DNA of 64,000 bases, from assembly GCA_963749495.1 (NCBI GenBank), contig CAVVMW010000021.1, positions 608,001 to 672,000 of the forward strand, written 5' to 3'. This document shows, piece after piece, positions 30,471 through 41,945 of the stretch. The notes beneath the pieces were generated by a model. That model made no database searches and was not told the origin of the DNA. It saw only the letters and a list, made by a program, of their open reading frames with translations. A program made the position numbers and the translations under genes. Within the stretch, counting starts at the first letter, position 1; the number at the start of each line of letters is the position of its first letter. Source of the DNA: an uncultured bacterium. Lineage in GTDB: Bacteria > Verrucomicrobiota > Verrucomicrobiia > Limisphaerales > UBA8199.

Positions 30471-32961
30471 TCATCTGCCCTGCTTTTCAGGCGGCTTGGA
30501 TTCCTGCCGCGCCACCGCGGTCCGGAGGTACCTCCTGGCCGCTTCGTTCGAGGGGTCGAGGCGCACCACCGCCTCGAACTCCGGGACCGACTCCCGCAGT
30601 CGTCCCTGCCGGGCCAGGGCCACGCCCAGGTTAAGATGAGCTTGAGGGTCCGCGGGGGTGAGCCGGGCCGCTTCCTTGAAGCAGGCCTCGGCGCCGGCAA
30701 GGTCCCCTGTTTTGGCCAACGCGAGGCCGAGGTTGAACTGTGCCTCCGGCAGTGCGGGGTCGAGTCGGACTGCCTCCCGGTAGTTCAGCAGCGCATCCGA
30801 GCCGCGACCCAAAGCTAGAAGGGAATTGGCCAGCGACAGGTGGATCGTTGCTTTACCCGGGCGAAGGTCAAGGGCCTCCCGGTAGTGCGCAACCGCTTCG
30901 GAGTGTCTTGACTGAGCGGCCAGCAGATTACCGAGGTTAATCCGGGCGGCAGCGCATTCCGGGTCCGCGCGCAGCGCCTCGAGGTAGTGAGATTCGGCGT
31001 TCGTCACCGAGCCGGCTTGCGCCGAGAGCAATCCCAGGTTGACGTGGGCCTGGGCGAACTTTCGATTCGTCCGGAGGGCTTGCTCGAACCACCTGGCAGC
31101 CTCCTGGCGCCGCTCCTGGCCCATCCGGACCAACCCCAGCCCATTCATGGCCTCGAAGGAATCCGGGCGGACGCGCAGGACGTGTTGGTAATATTCCGCC
31201 GCCTCCGGCAGCCTGGATTGGGAGGAGCAAACCTCGCCCAGCTTGAAAAGAGCGTCCGGATAATCCGGCAGAAGGCTGGTCACGCGCTTCCACTCCTGTT
31301 CCGCCGCCGGAAGATCGCCCGCCGCTTCGAGCAGCAGGGCAAACCGGTGATGAAGAATCCAGTCGTCACCCCGGCGCGCCAGGGCGCGCCTATAGACTGC
31401 CGCCGCTTTGGCCAGCCCGTTCGCGTCGGTCTTCTGCCGCAGGCCGGCACGCAGTCTCGACCATCGCTCGATCAGTCTCTGATGATCCAGTTGATCCGTA
31501 AAAGGAGGTTCGTGGACCCGCCCCCACATCTGGTCCAGAACCAGGCGTTGATCCCAATCCGTGAACGCAAGCCGTTCCGCGCATTCCTCTTCCGTTAGTG
31601 CTTTCCCTTTCGCTCCAGGCCCGAGATTGAGTTCTTGGATTACCCTCTCGGCCAGGCCGCGCGCAACGCGATAATTCCCTGAGAAATTGAAGTGAACGTG
31701 ATCCCAGAAGAACTGGGCGCCGGGGATTCCCTCCGGGCTGGCGGCGCGGATCACCTTCTCGGCATCGAAAAAGCTGGCGCTCGCGCCCGCCTCCACGCAC
31801 ATGTTGCTGAGCATGAGATTGATAGTGGTGTCCGCCCGGAATCTCAGCGTATCGAGATCGCGGCTCGCAGGTACTGCTGGAGCGCCGCCTCAGACTCACC
31901 CGCCGCCTGGCAGCAGCGCGCCAGGCGAAAGGTCAACAGCGCATCGCCGCCTTCAATCTCCGCCGCTTGGCGATATTGGGCCAGCGCTTGAGAAAACTGC
32001 CCGCCAGATTCAGACTCGATCGCTTTCTGAACCCGGTTTGTCCACTCGACCTTCCGCGCTTCCGGAAGGCCCTGCCACCGCAGAGACGCGAAGGGCGGAC
32101 AATCCCGCAAGTTGGAGCTCACCGAACAGACAATGGTCTTCACGCCGGGCCGCTTGCCCAGCGAAATGATGTCGCTCAAGTTCCTCCCGAACGAGGCATA
32201 GACGCGTTGCAGCACGGGGTCGTCGCTCCGGACCTGTTCCTTCAGGAACATCTTCATGCCCTGCCAATCCTCGGGCTGCCGCCCGCGCAGGTTGGGCGCT
32301 CGAGCAGGCCCTCGAGCACCTGGCCGATGCGCATACGCCTGGCCGCCAGGAAGAGGCGTGTTATGGGCAAGGGTGGCGCTTTGAGGCCAAAGATCGACCC
32401 CGCCCCGAAAGGGCCGACCACCTCGTTGTTCCCCATGTAAAGGATCCAAAGATCGGCGTCGAACCCCGCGCAATCTTCCGCGATGCAGCGGATCACGTGC
32501 GAGTTGATCGCCGTCATCCCGACATTGAGGACCTCAAACCGGGTGCCGGGGCAACGCTCCTCCAACAACTCCCGCAGGATTCGCGAGAATCCGTAGGCCA
32601 GCTCGGGATCACCCAAGGCCGCCGACTCTCCAAAAACGAGAATCCGGCAAGTGCCGGGGGCCTTGTGGCGGGTTACCCGGACCGGGTCGGGGGCACGGGC
32701 CAGACGCCGCGGGAAGAACCGCCAGCCGAACCTAGGGTTCTCGGCATACCAACCCGGCGTCCCATCCCGGGCCGACACAAAAAAGTGAGTGGGGTATCCC
32801 AGGCCGACCGCCCTGAGAATCAGTTCCGCGCCGGCGAGCACCCCCAGCGGCAACAGCAGGGTCAGCGCCCAAAAGAGCCTTCTCCTGCCCGCCGAGAGCG
32901 CCGGTTTGGCGGGCGGGAGCGGTTCCCGCCCGCCTGGTTGCTGCCCTCGTTTCTCACTCAT
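30471..32961 (-). CDS. SGNH/GDSL-like + TPR protein, third paralog; frameshifts near 32285 and 31860
   Basis: GESAALGDP, YMGNNE, NLRDCPPFAS and FWDHVH motifs plus TPRs, across three consecutive ORFs. Confidence 0.8.
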
Positions 32962-33051
32962 CGCTCGTTCGCGTAAAGGGCTCATCTGCTTTGACGGCAC
33001 GGTTACGGCCAGAGCACAACCGGCCAAGTGCGCGCATTGCCGCACCCCTTT

Positions 33052-36000
33052 TTACCGGTTCGTCACCTTCCCGTCAAAGCTCACTGTCACCGCGCGGGCC
33101 GCCGCGGGGAGGGCACTGCTCGTGGTCTTGCCTCCCGGCCAACGCACCCAAATCCCTGTCGGCGCAACCGGCGTGGCCATTACCTGCTCGGGGCTGTCTT
33201 GCAACCAATAGCCGCTGCCGGCGTGCAGCTCCCGCGCCGGGCCCCATTGCTCCCCAAAACGCAACCGCACCACCGCTCCCACTCCCGCAGGATTGCCCCC
33301 CGGCCCCCCCAACCTCACCCGCAGGCCAGGCCTGGCCCGCAGGTTATGGTAGAGCTTGGTCTCCGCCCCATTTTGGCCCACCACCAGATCCACACGCCCA
33401 TCCCCGTCGTAGTCGCACAGCGCGCTCCCTCGCCCCTCGCCGTAAACCTTCACCCCGCTCACCTGCCCCGGAACAGCCTCAAACCCGCCCTGTCCATCTC
33501 CCTTAAGCCACACCCCTCGCCCGGCGTCATACGGCAACGTTTCCTCATCCACTCCAAAGAAATTCTGGGTCAGGAAGATGTCCTCCTTTCCGTCCCCATC
33601 CATATCGCCTACGCTCACTCCAAAAGCCGGCGCAAACTGCGCCTCCCCGGGCAGCACCACGGCCTCAAAATATCCGCCGCGGTTCAAAAACACGGTTGTC
33701 TTAAGCCAGCCCGCCTCAAGAACCTTCGTCTGTTTCAATCGTTCGCCGAGTATCTCCTCGACGCCCGCCTCGCTATACGCCGCATGGGTTGCATAGCGTC
33801 CCCGCACCCAGGGCATCCCCCGGGCCACCCCGTTCAAGGCACGCGACGGCACCACCTTTCTCATTCCAGGCTCGTAATAGCCTTCGAGCAACTCGATGAT
33901 GCCCTCCTCATCCCACTCCCCATAGTACACGCGCAAGGGCTGGCCCTGGCGCCGCTCTCGCTCGTACTTGCTGTTCCGGCCCCAGTTGCTTGCCACTATG
34001 TCCATCCGTCCATCACCGTCAAAATCTCCCACCGCCACGCCGTTCCACCAGCCGGTCAGTTGATTCATGGTCGAGGGCGGAGGGCTGAGCGTCGGCGGCA
34101 GCCGAAACCTCAACGCATAGTTGGTAGCGATTAGCCGGCCATGGTCGTTGTGAAAAACCATCAGGGGACCCCACTCGCGCGCCAAAATCAGCTCGGGAAA
34201 GCCGTCCCCGTCCAGGTCGCTCCAAACGGCTCCACTCACCATCCCCACACGTTCCAGCACCCGGCTGTTTTCCGCGTCCAAGACGTACTTGCCTCCCTGC
34301 TTCCGATAAATCTGCGAACTGGCCGGCTCCGGCCATCGCCCCGGAACCACGCGCCCGCCCACGAACAGCTCCAGCTCGCCGTCCCCGTCCAGGTCTCCCA
34401 GCGCCATGGGGCCCCACGCTCGAGAAGCCTGTGGTTAGAGTCTCTCCGGCTTGTATCCCCCCGGCCCACATCTCATACCTCCTCACGCCGTTGGTCTGGC
34501 CGCTCTTGTAGTTGGCCTGGCCTATCAGTATGCCTCCAGTTCCGTCCCCCAGGACTGTCGTCTCATCATCCGCCGCCAACCCCAACAACCCGCCCAAGGA
34601 CACTCGCCCAAACCGCCCGTTCCCTTGATTCAAAAAAACCTCCAACTGCCCACCTTGTCCACTGCCCACCAGCAAGTCCTCGCGTCCATCCCCATCAACA
34701 TCGCTCCAGCAGACGCCGGGTCCAAGCTGGCTCAACTTCCGGGGCAGCATCGGCTGCCGCGCAAAATCGTCATAGACATCCTCATGGTGCGTGTGCTTGA
34801 GCAAGCTGCTCACGTCCTCGAAGATTGGCTTGTCCTGCGCCGGCGGCGCCTCCCAGTGCCCAGTCGCTCCCGCTTCGTCGATCTCGTATTGGCGGTTTGC
34901 CCGCGCTCCCTCGATCACGCTGCGCTTGCCGCTTCGCCATCTCACCTCGATTCGCATCCGGTTGGTCTCGGTCCCCGCCGCAAACACCCGCAGGGCGTCA
35001 TCGCACGACAAATACCTGCCGCCGCAAATCATCTCCTGGCTCTGCATCGGCACCGCGCCCCCATACACCAGGATCTTCGAGCCTATCCCCCGCGTGTTTC
35101 CACCGGACCCCTTCAATCTCACGGCCACGCGCGGTCTCACGCACTCGTTCCGATACACGCCGGCCTCGCCGTGCAGATTGTTGACGATTACATCGAGGTC
35201 GCCGTCGTTGTCGAGGTCGGCGCAGCAGATCCCCTGGTTGACTCCCGGCCAAATGAAACCCCATTCCCGCCCCATCTCGACGAATTGCAGGTTTCCCAGG
35301 TTGCGAAACGCAAGGATCGGCGATGGCACCGGCGGATACAGAAGGCCCAGGCGCCGGATCTCCTCGCTGGAAAGCCGCTGACCGGCCTCGCGCCGTTTGA
35401 TTTCCATGGCCACATCGCCGTTCATCGAGTCACGGTCGTAGCCGGAGGCAAAAAGCACGTCCTCATAACCGTCGAGGTCCACGTCCAGGAAAACCGGCGC
35501 CCAGGTCCACTCGGTGGCCTCGAGGCCGCTCAACTGGGCGATGTCCGCGTAAGTGCCGTCGCCGCGATTCAACTGCAGGACATTGCGTTTGACCTGTGTC
35601 CGCTCGAACCTCTCGCCGGCGCGGATGACCACCGGGGTCATGTGATCGGCCTGGACCATACGGTGACGGTGATCGCGGCTGAGCATGTCCGGAACCAGGA
35701 TGTCGTCGTAGCCGTCGCGGTTGATGTCCGCAATGTCAACCCCCATGGAAAACGCGCCGGTGTCCCGTATCGCCGTCGTTGGCATGGCCCGGAACTGCCC
35801 GTGGCCATTGTTGATCCAGATGCGATCGGGAGTGAACAGGTCGTTGCAGACATAGATATCGGGCGCGCCGTCCCCGTTCAGGTCGTGAAACATCACGGAC
35901 AGGCCCAGGTCCCGGGGCGGACCGCTCAGCGGCTGGCCTGCTTCGTCCAGGAAGGTCCCGTTGGTCCACGGAACCGGGGAAAAGTGGCCCGTGCCATCGT

Positions 36001-36820
36001 TCAGATACAAAATGTCAGGCTCGCCAAATTCCCGAATCGCGTTGCCGAACGGGCTCACCCCATAGCGCCCCTCCAACTCGGTGCCGGCGACCGGCTTTCC
36101 ATTGACCGCAACGATGACGGGTCTGCCGTTGACCGGCTGGAGGGTAAAACGGGTGTTGGGTTCATCCGCAAGCACGGTGGGGGAGTTGTAATTGGCGACA
36201 TAAAGATCGAGCGTGCCATTCCCATCCACGTCGCCCAGCGCCATGGTCATGGCGCCATACTTGCGGACCAGTCCCCGGTCAGTGGCCTCTTTGAAATGTC
36301 CCTTGCCATCGTTGAGAAAGAGCCGGGTGCCGCCGCCAATCGAGTTGACCAGCAGATCCAGGTCGCCGTCTCCGTCCACGTCCGCAAGAACAGCCGCCGT
36401 CGTGTACAGCCCGATGCCTTTGAGCCCGGCCGCTTCGGTGACATCCTCAAACCGCCATCCGCCCAGGTTCCGGTAGAGGCGGGGCTCGCTTTCCATGCCG
36501 CAGAAGAACAGATCACACCAGCCGTCTCCGTCCACGTCCCCCGCCGCCACACCGGAACCGTTGGTGTGGAGTTGCGTGCGGAGGCCCCCTTCGACCGAGA
36601 GGACGTTGGTGAAGAGGATTCCCGAAACCGCTCCCGGCACTCGCGTAAAGCCATTGTGGCCCTGCTTGGGCACGGGCAGCGCCCTGCTTCGGTAGCCGGG
36701 GCCGCTTTCCCAGCCCGGCTCACCGGCAACGACAACCTGCGCCGCGCAGCAGATGGAGGCGGCCAGGACCGCCGCATGGCATCCCTTCAGGATGCTCCGG
36801 TGGCCGACGACTGGTTTCAT
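33052..36820 (-). CDS. Double FG-GAP/VCBS + ASPIC-UnbV (CRTAC1-like) protein; frameshift near 34410
   Basis: ORFs 34019..36892 and 33052..34407 join as SVGP|MALGDLDGDG; collinear with 22904..26743. Confidence 0.85.
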
Positions 36821-36935
36821 CCCTCTACCCCTCGACCCGCGGCAGAGGATGCGGGCAAAGACAAGCTCTTCAACATTGGGCCATTCTCGCATTTCATGAC
36901 CCTCCGGGACAAGACCAGTATCTTGTGGTGTTGTG

Positions 36936-36971
36936 AAAAAAAAGAGGGGCCGGATGAATGATCCGACCCCT
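36936..36971 (-). terminator. Intrinsic terminator/attenuator between the exoprotein and CRTAC1-like genes
   Basis: Hairpin aggggccggat-gaatg-atccgacccct with an 8-T tract on the minus strand. Confidence 0.75.
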
Positions 36972-37002
36972 GTGTCAGGGGTGACGATGTACTGAGCGAG
37001 GA

Positions 37003-40000
37003 TTATGGTCCCGCTCTAAAGAATTGCGCCGATTTGCCGGCGGTCTTGGGGTTGATGTTGTATGGGCTGGTCGCGCCCGTCACGATCGTGTATGGCCCGG
37101 CGACGTTCTGCGCGGAATAGAGGTTTCCGGTGTAGGTCAGGGTCAATGTGCCATCGGCGTTGCGCGCCAGCGCCAGCGCAGGCGTAGTGGTGCTTGGCGC
37201 GACGTAATCACCCCAATCCCGGTAGATGACATAACACATGTACGGCTGGCCGACCGGGCTGAACCAGTAAGAACCGTCGCCGTAGGTTCCGTCGTTAGTT
37301 TGAGGCGGGTTTCCCACGCCGGTGTGGGAGGTGCTGCCCAGGCCGACATAGCAGACGCTAGGCCATGGGCCGGCTGGCTGGCCGTCCACGCCCAGAAATC
37401 CAGCGTGGTTGGTGTCATTCAGATCCACCGCCATTCTCTGGCTCCAGATGATGCCATCGCTGGAGGTATAGGCTATCAGTTGGTCGTTTGTGGGGTTCGG
37501 ATTAACCCGTTGGATTCGGATCCAGGCGTTCGGATATGCGGGCGCGCCCGGGTTGCCGGGGCCGGTGCCAAAATTCCAAGTACCGACGCTCCCGCCGGGC
37601 GCGTTGTTCGAGGTTTCACGCAGGGTAGGATCGCCCTTGGCCACGCGGCCGTTGAACTCGTAGGCATCGGCGCCTACGCCGGTGCCGTGGAGCGTCTGAA
37701 CCCCCTCCCCGCCGTAGTCGGTCTTCGCGAAATAATGGCGTGCCAATTCCCAGCCGCCGCCATTGGGAGTCGGCGGGCCTTCGCGCACCTCGATCGCTGC
37801 GGCAGACCAGTTGTCGATCGCGGAGATGCTGACGACGCGGACCTTGACGTCGAAGCTGTTGGTCTTGGGTTCCCAGATGAAGTTGAAGCCGTCGGCGTTA
37901 TAGTAGTAGTCGTTGCCATTGCACAACACGTCGAATGCGCCCGTGCCCCAGGTCGTTACGGTGCTGGGCGCGAGCGGGTCCGGTCCACCCGGCTGGCCGG
38001 CAGCCGAGCCGATATCGGTGATGCCCAGCTTCAGGATGTTGCCGGTCAAATTGGTGATAGCCATCACGTTCCCGTGCAGGTCCTTCACACCGCTTATGGT
38101 CAACTGGAAGTCAGCGGCCACCGGGGTGGACACACTTAACTGGACGAGATTCTTCTCGCTGGTCTTTTCATTCGAGACATTCGTCCGCACGTAAACCGAG
38201 GTCACGGCGGCGCCGTTGACCTTGTAATTGGCCGCGGTGCCGGCAGTCGTCGGGTCAACGGCCTTGTTGAACATGACGCCAATCGAGGTGGCGTTGGAGA
38301 AGGCTGTCGCTCCCTGCACCACAGGCGGCCAGATGTCGGGTACGACCGTCACTGTCGCCACCGAACTGGGCACAGAAATAGGGACCACGCTGGCAATGAC
38401 CCTGTACTGCGTGCCGCTGTCATTGGTCGAGACGATGGGGAGGTTAAGGGAATTGAGCGTGGCGCCCGGGATATCGGTGAAGTTGGTGCTGCCCTTGGGG
38501 GCGGTTTGCCACTGGTAGCTTACGGTGGTGCCGTAAAGGCTGGTGCCGGTTGCATTCGCCAGGAGCGTCACGGGCCACCCATCAACGCCGGTCGTGTCCG
38601 CCGGTTGCTGAACGAAGTTTATCGATGCCCCTGTCGGATCGAGATAGAAACCGACCAGGCTGCCCGTGAGCTTGCTCACGTCGCCATCGGCCGGAACAGC
38701 AACCGCGCCCCCCGAATAGGTCGCGCCGAACCAATCTCCACCGGACCAACTGTGGTCATGGTGAAAAAGGATGAGATAATACTTGTTCCCCGCGGTCAGG
38801 GTGATGGTGTTGCCGTTCGGCCATGCAGTGTTGGCATACGTGGCGGAATTCCAATTCGCCACGGTGCCGCTAATGTCGGTGTTCCAGTAGCGGGCGGTGC
38901 TCCAGCCACCCGGCTCCGCGGCGATCTCCTTCATGTTCGCCGGACTCTCGTCCGTGCTCAGGTACATATAAAACTCGTCGTCTCCGCTCATGTAAAACAC
39001 GTAGTCGCCCGTTGTTGGCGGGACGAAATAGCCTTCCAGCGAATCATAGTACATGCTCTTATTCGGATCGGCAGCGATCGTGCCGGCATTGTTGGGCGGC
39101 CACTCCCAGGTTGAGACGAGATCCCGCGCATCAGGGTTGTTGGGATAGCGCGGGTCGGCAAACAGGTTGGCGAGGCTGAAACCGTCCGGCGAACAGTTGT
39201 AATACACTTTGTGCAGAATCGTGTTGGCCGCCCACGCATAGCTCCTGAACTGGACCTTTGTATTGGGGGCCATCACGTTGCCGGGCACGTCCTTGACGTT
39301 GCTCACGGTCAGCGTGAAGAGGGTGTTCTGGGGCTGTGTGCTGGTGGTCAGGACGACAACATTGTCGCCTGGGGTCCCGGGCGTCGCCCCCAATGCCGCT
39401 GCCGTGACCGTCACTCCATTATCGATCGTGTAGTTCGCCGTGTTTGCCGCGCTCGCCGGATCGAGTGGTTCGGAGAACGTGAGCACGACGGCATTGAACG
39501 CCGGGGAGGAGGAGGCGCTCACCACGGTCGGCGGGGTCGTGTCGTTGGCCACGGTTAATGTGGCCGTGCTGCTGGTCACGGTCCCTTGGGCGCCGGTGAC
39601 GACCACGTCGAACTTGCCCCCGTTGTCAGCGCGATACGCACGCGAGATAGCGTAACTGGTATTGGTCGCATTGGCCACGGCCGTGCCATTCTTCTCCCAC
39701 TGGTAGGTGTAGGGCGGCGTGCCGTTCGCCACGACGCTGAAGGTGGCCGGCTGCCCCTCGGTGACGCTCACGCTTTGAGGCTGGGTCGTGATGCTCACCG
39801 GTCCAAGGGTCAGGTCGATGGTGGACAAATAGCTTCCCGGGATGGGCACCATCATGTTGATCGAGACCGAGAGGTTGTCGCCGCCGCCACCCTGTTTTTG
39901 CAGAGCTTCGATGTAGTAAGCCTTGCCCGCGGTCAGGGTAATCCTGGCACCGCCGTTAATCAGGTCCTTGACCGGCCATTGGGTGCCCGTGAAGGTATTG

Positions 40001-40485
40001 GAGACCTTGGCGGTAACGTCACTATTACCAGCGGAGACGCCATATTGGCGCACGTTGCTGTAAACGGTTTCCTGGGCGATGAGCTTCTTGTTCGCCGGAG
40101 TGTCATCGGTGCTCAGGTAGAGGTCCGAGAGATCGTCGGAGCAGATATAAAAGTCATAATCCCCCGTGGTATTGGGGTAAAAATAGCCCAGCATCTGGGC
40201 GCCGTAATCAACATAGCCGCTCGTGCCCGACGGGGGAGTGGCGGGATCACCGGTTGCCCACAATTCGAAGTACGTCGGGTAGGCGACGATGTCGGGGTTG
40301 TTGGGAAACTTGGGGCTCGACGTGAGGGAGGAGATCGAGGTGGCTTGCCCCGTGTTGAGGTTGAGGAAGACCTTCTCCGTGATGAACCCTTGAGGGGTTG
40401 CGGGTGCCGCCGCCTGGGCCAGGAGGGCTCCAAGGCCAAGCGCCAATACCCCCGCTGCTGTGGTTGTTATGAACTTATTGCTCAT
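37003..40485 (-). CDS. Large secreted PA14-like/Ig-like exoprotein, paralog of 15863..19971
   Basis: MSNKFITT start and shared first ~700 aa; different distal domain; ends FFRAGP. Confidence 0.88.
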   Translation of the reverse strand: MSNKFITTTAAGVLALGLGALLAQAAAPATPQGFITEKVFLNLNTGQATSISSLTSSPKFPNNPDIVAYPTYFELWATGDPATPPSGTSGYVDYGAQMLGYFYPNTTGDYDFYICSDDLSDLYLSTDDTPANKKLIAQETVYSNVRQYGVSAGNSDVTAKVSNTFTGTQWPVKDLINGGARITLTAGKAYYIEALQKQGGGGDNLSVSINMMVPIPGSYLSTIDLTLGPVSITTQPQSVSVTEGQPATFSVVANGTPPYTYQWEKNGTAVANATNTSYAISRAYRADNGGKFDVVVTGAQGTVTSSTATLTVANDTTPPTVVSASSSPAFNAVVLTFSEPLDPASAANTANYTIDNGVTVTAAALGATPGTPGDNVVVLTTSTQPQNTLFTLTVSNVKDVPGNVMAPNTKVQFRSYAWAANTILHKVYYNCSPDGFSLANLFADPRYPNNPDARDLVSTWEWPPNNAGTIAADPNKSMYYDSLEGYFVPPTTGDYVFYMSGDDEFYMYLSTDESPANMKEIAAEPGGWSTARYWNTDISGTVANWNSATYANTAWPNGNTITLTAGNKYYLILFHHDHSWSGGDWFGATYSGGAVAVPADGDVSKLTGSLVGFYLDPTGASINFVQQPADTTGVDGWPVTLLANATGTSLYGTTVSYQWQTAPKGSTNFTDIPGATLNSLNLPIVSTNDSGTQYRVIASVVPISVPSSVATVTVVPDIWPPVVQGATAFSNATSIGVMFNKAVDPTTAGTAANYKVNGAAVTSVYVRTNVSNEKTSEKNLVQLSVSTPVAADFQLTISGVKDLHGNVMAITNLTGNILKLGITDIGSAAGQPGGPDPLAPSTVTTWGTGAFDVLCNGNDYYYNADGFNFIWEPKTNSFDVKVRVVSISAIDNWSAAAIEVREGPPTPNGGGWELARHYFAKTDYGGEGVQTLHGTGVGADAYEFNGRVAKGDPTLRETSNNAPGGSVGTWNFGTGPGNPGAPAYPNAWIRIQRVNPNPTNDQLIAYTSSDGIIWSQRMAVDLNDTNHAGFLGVDGQPAGPWPSVCYVGLGSTSHTGVGNPPQTNDGTYGDGSYWFSPVGQPYMCYVIYRDWGDYVAPSTTTPALALARNADGTLTLTYTGNLYSAQNVAGPYTIVTGATSPYNINPKTAGKSAQFFRAGP

Positions 40486-40774
40486 TGGGTTGGTGGGTTT
40501 GTTGTTGGTTCATTCGCTGCCTCCCTGTGTGCCCTTGGGCGCGCAATCCGGCCACGCCAGCGCCGAGGATCGGGGATGAACGGCAAATTGGCATGAACGG
40601 ACTCATAAGAGTTGACGTAGCCTAGAGACCCGTCCCTGAAAGAGTCAAGACTTTTCACGACCTTTTTTTGCTCCTTTTGTTGTTGGTTCCGGGGCAACAA
40701 AGAGCCATGGACACTCCTCGAGGGCACGTGTCCGGGTTCGAGGAAACCGGGCATTGTCGAGGTGGCAACAGGCC

Positions 40775-40905
40775 GGTGAAGGCGGAGACGGAGTGCCGGG
40801 CGGCCCCTGCCCATGGACCGACCCCAAGCCCGCAGGTTTTGGACTGCGGCAGTCCAAAACGCTTCGCGGCCTCGGGGTCCCTGACCGGTTCATGGTCCGA
40901 ATGCA
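40775..40905. repeat. Composite of repeat-family ends and a family C half unit
   Basis: ggtgaaggcggagacggagtgcc, then gttttggactgcggcagtccaaaac, then ggttcatgg. Confidence 0.6.
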
Positions 40906-41049
40906 TTGGCAGAAGCCAAAGGAGGATGCCCATGAAGCTCAGAATGCGTTCGTTGATTATCAACCAGTTGCGAAGATCCAGGTCCAGGGGCGCGCTGCGG
41001 GGCGCAAACATGTTCTTGCCAAGAGACGCGCTGCGATCAATGTTGGTGT

Positions 41050-41658
41050 ATGCCCTATGAAGGACCTGAAGAGCGGATGGATGGGCTGGAAGCGGCGCTG
41101 ACGAGTTTTATGCGGAATACCCACGACGGTATGGCTGAGTTTCGCGCCTTTGTCCAGCAGGACATTGCCGAGATGCGGCAATGGCGCGTCCAGGCGCAGA
41201 GGCAATGGGGTGAAATCGCGCAAAAAATGGGGTCCTTCGTCGAGGACATTGTCGCCCCGAACATTCCTCGATTGGGCCGGGAGGCCTTCGGCCTGGGCGC
41301 CCCGGAGGAGGAGCTTTTCTCCGCGCCGCGCGTGCGGCTTCGGCACCCGCAGGACCCATCCCGGATGCGCGAGTTCGATTACGTTTATGCCGCGAAAACG
41401 GGCTGGATCCTTGTGGAATCCAAAAGCGATTTGAAGCTCAAGGACGTGGATGAATTCCGGGCAATTCTTGCCGAGGCGGGCGAGTATTTTCCCCAGTATT
41501 CGTCTTTGCCGTTGTACCCCGTTCTCGCGAGCCTTTTCGTGCCGGACCATGTCGTCGATTACTCTACCCGCCACCGCATCTATGCTTTGGGCATGGGACC
41601 CGAAACCATGCAGCTTCTCAACCTTGCCGAAGGCCGGGCGCAGGTTGGGCCGTCGTAG
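41050..41658 (+). CDS. Coiled-coil + PD-(D/E)XK-like (DUF3782-like) protein
   Basis: WGEIAQKMGSFVEDIVAP, REFD and LVESKS motifs. Confidence 0.7.
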   Translation: MPYEGPEERMDGLEAALTSFMRNTHDGMAEFRAFVQQDIAEMRQWRVQAQRQWGEIAQKMGSFVEDIVAPNIPRLGREAFGLGAPEEELFSAPRVRLRHPQDPSRMREFDYVYAAKTGWILVESKSDLKLKDVDEFRAILAEAGEYFPQYSSLPLYPVLASLFVPDHVVDYSTRHRIYALGMGPETMQLLNLAEGRAQVGPS

Positions 41659-41669
41659 AGCCGCCCGCT

Positions 41670-41768
41670 CTCCGGCCCAAAGGGCCGGCAGAACCCAGCG
41701 CAGGGCTGAGGCCGCCAGGCCGATGCCCTGGGGAGAGGCCCGCGCAAGATCCGGCGCGCCCTGAAAGA
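41670..41768. repeat. Single family A REP-like unit
   Basis: cggcccaaagggccggcagaa...cagggctgaggccgccaggccgatgccctggg...cgccctgaaag. Confidence 0.8.
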
Positions 41769-41945
41769 ATCCCCCAAACGGAAGGTGGCTCATTCCCTTT
41801 ATCTACAACTCACAATTCCTCCACTCATCCCCAAAACCAAGCCGTCCGTCCCAGAAAGATTCCCCGCTGGCCCGGCGTCATGCTAGCCCCGTGACATGAT
41901 CCCTTGCCGAAGACTGTTGGCGCGCGCGGGCAGACGGCATTTTCC

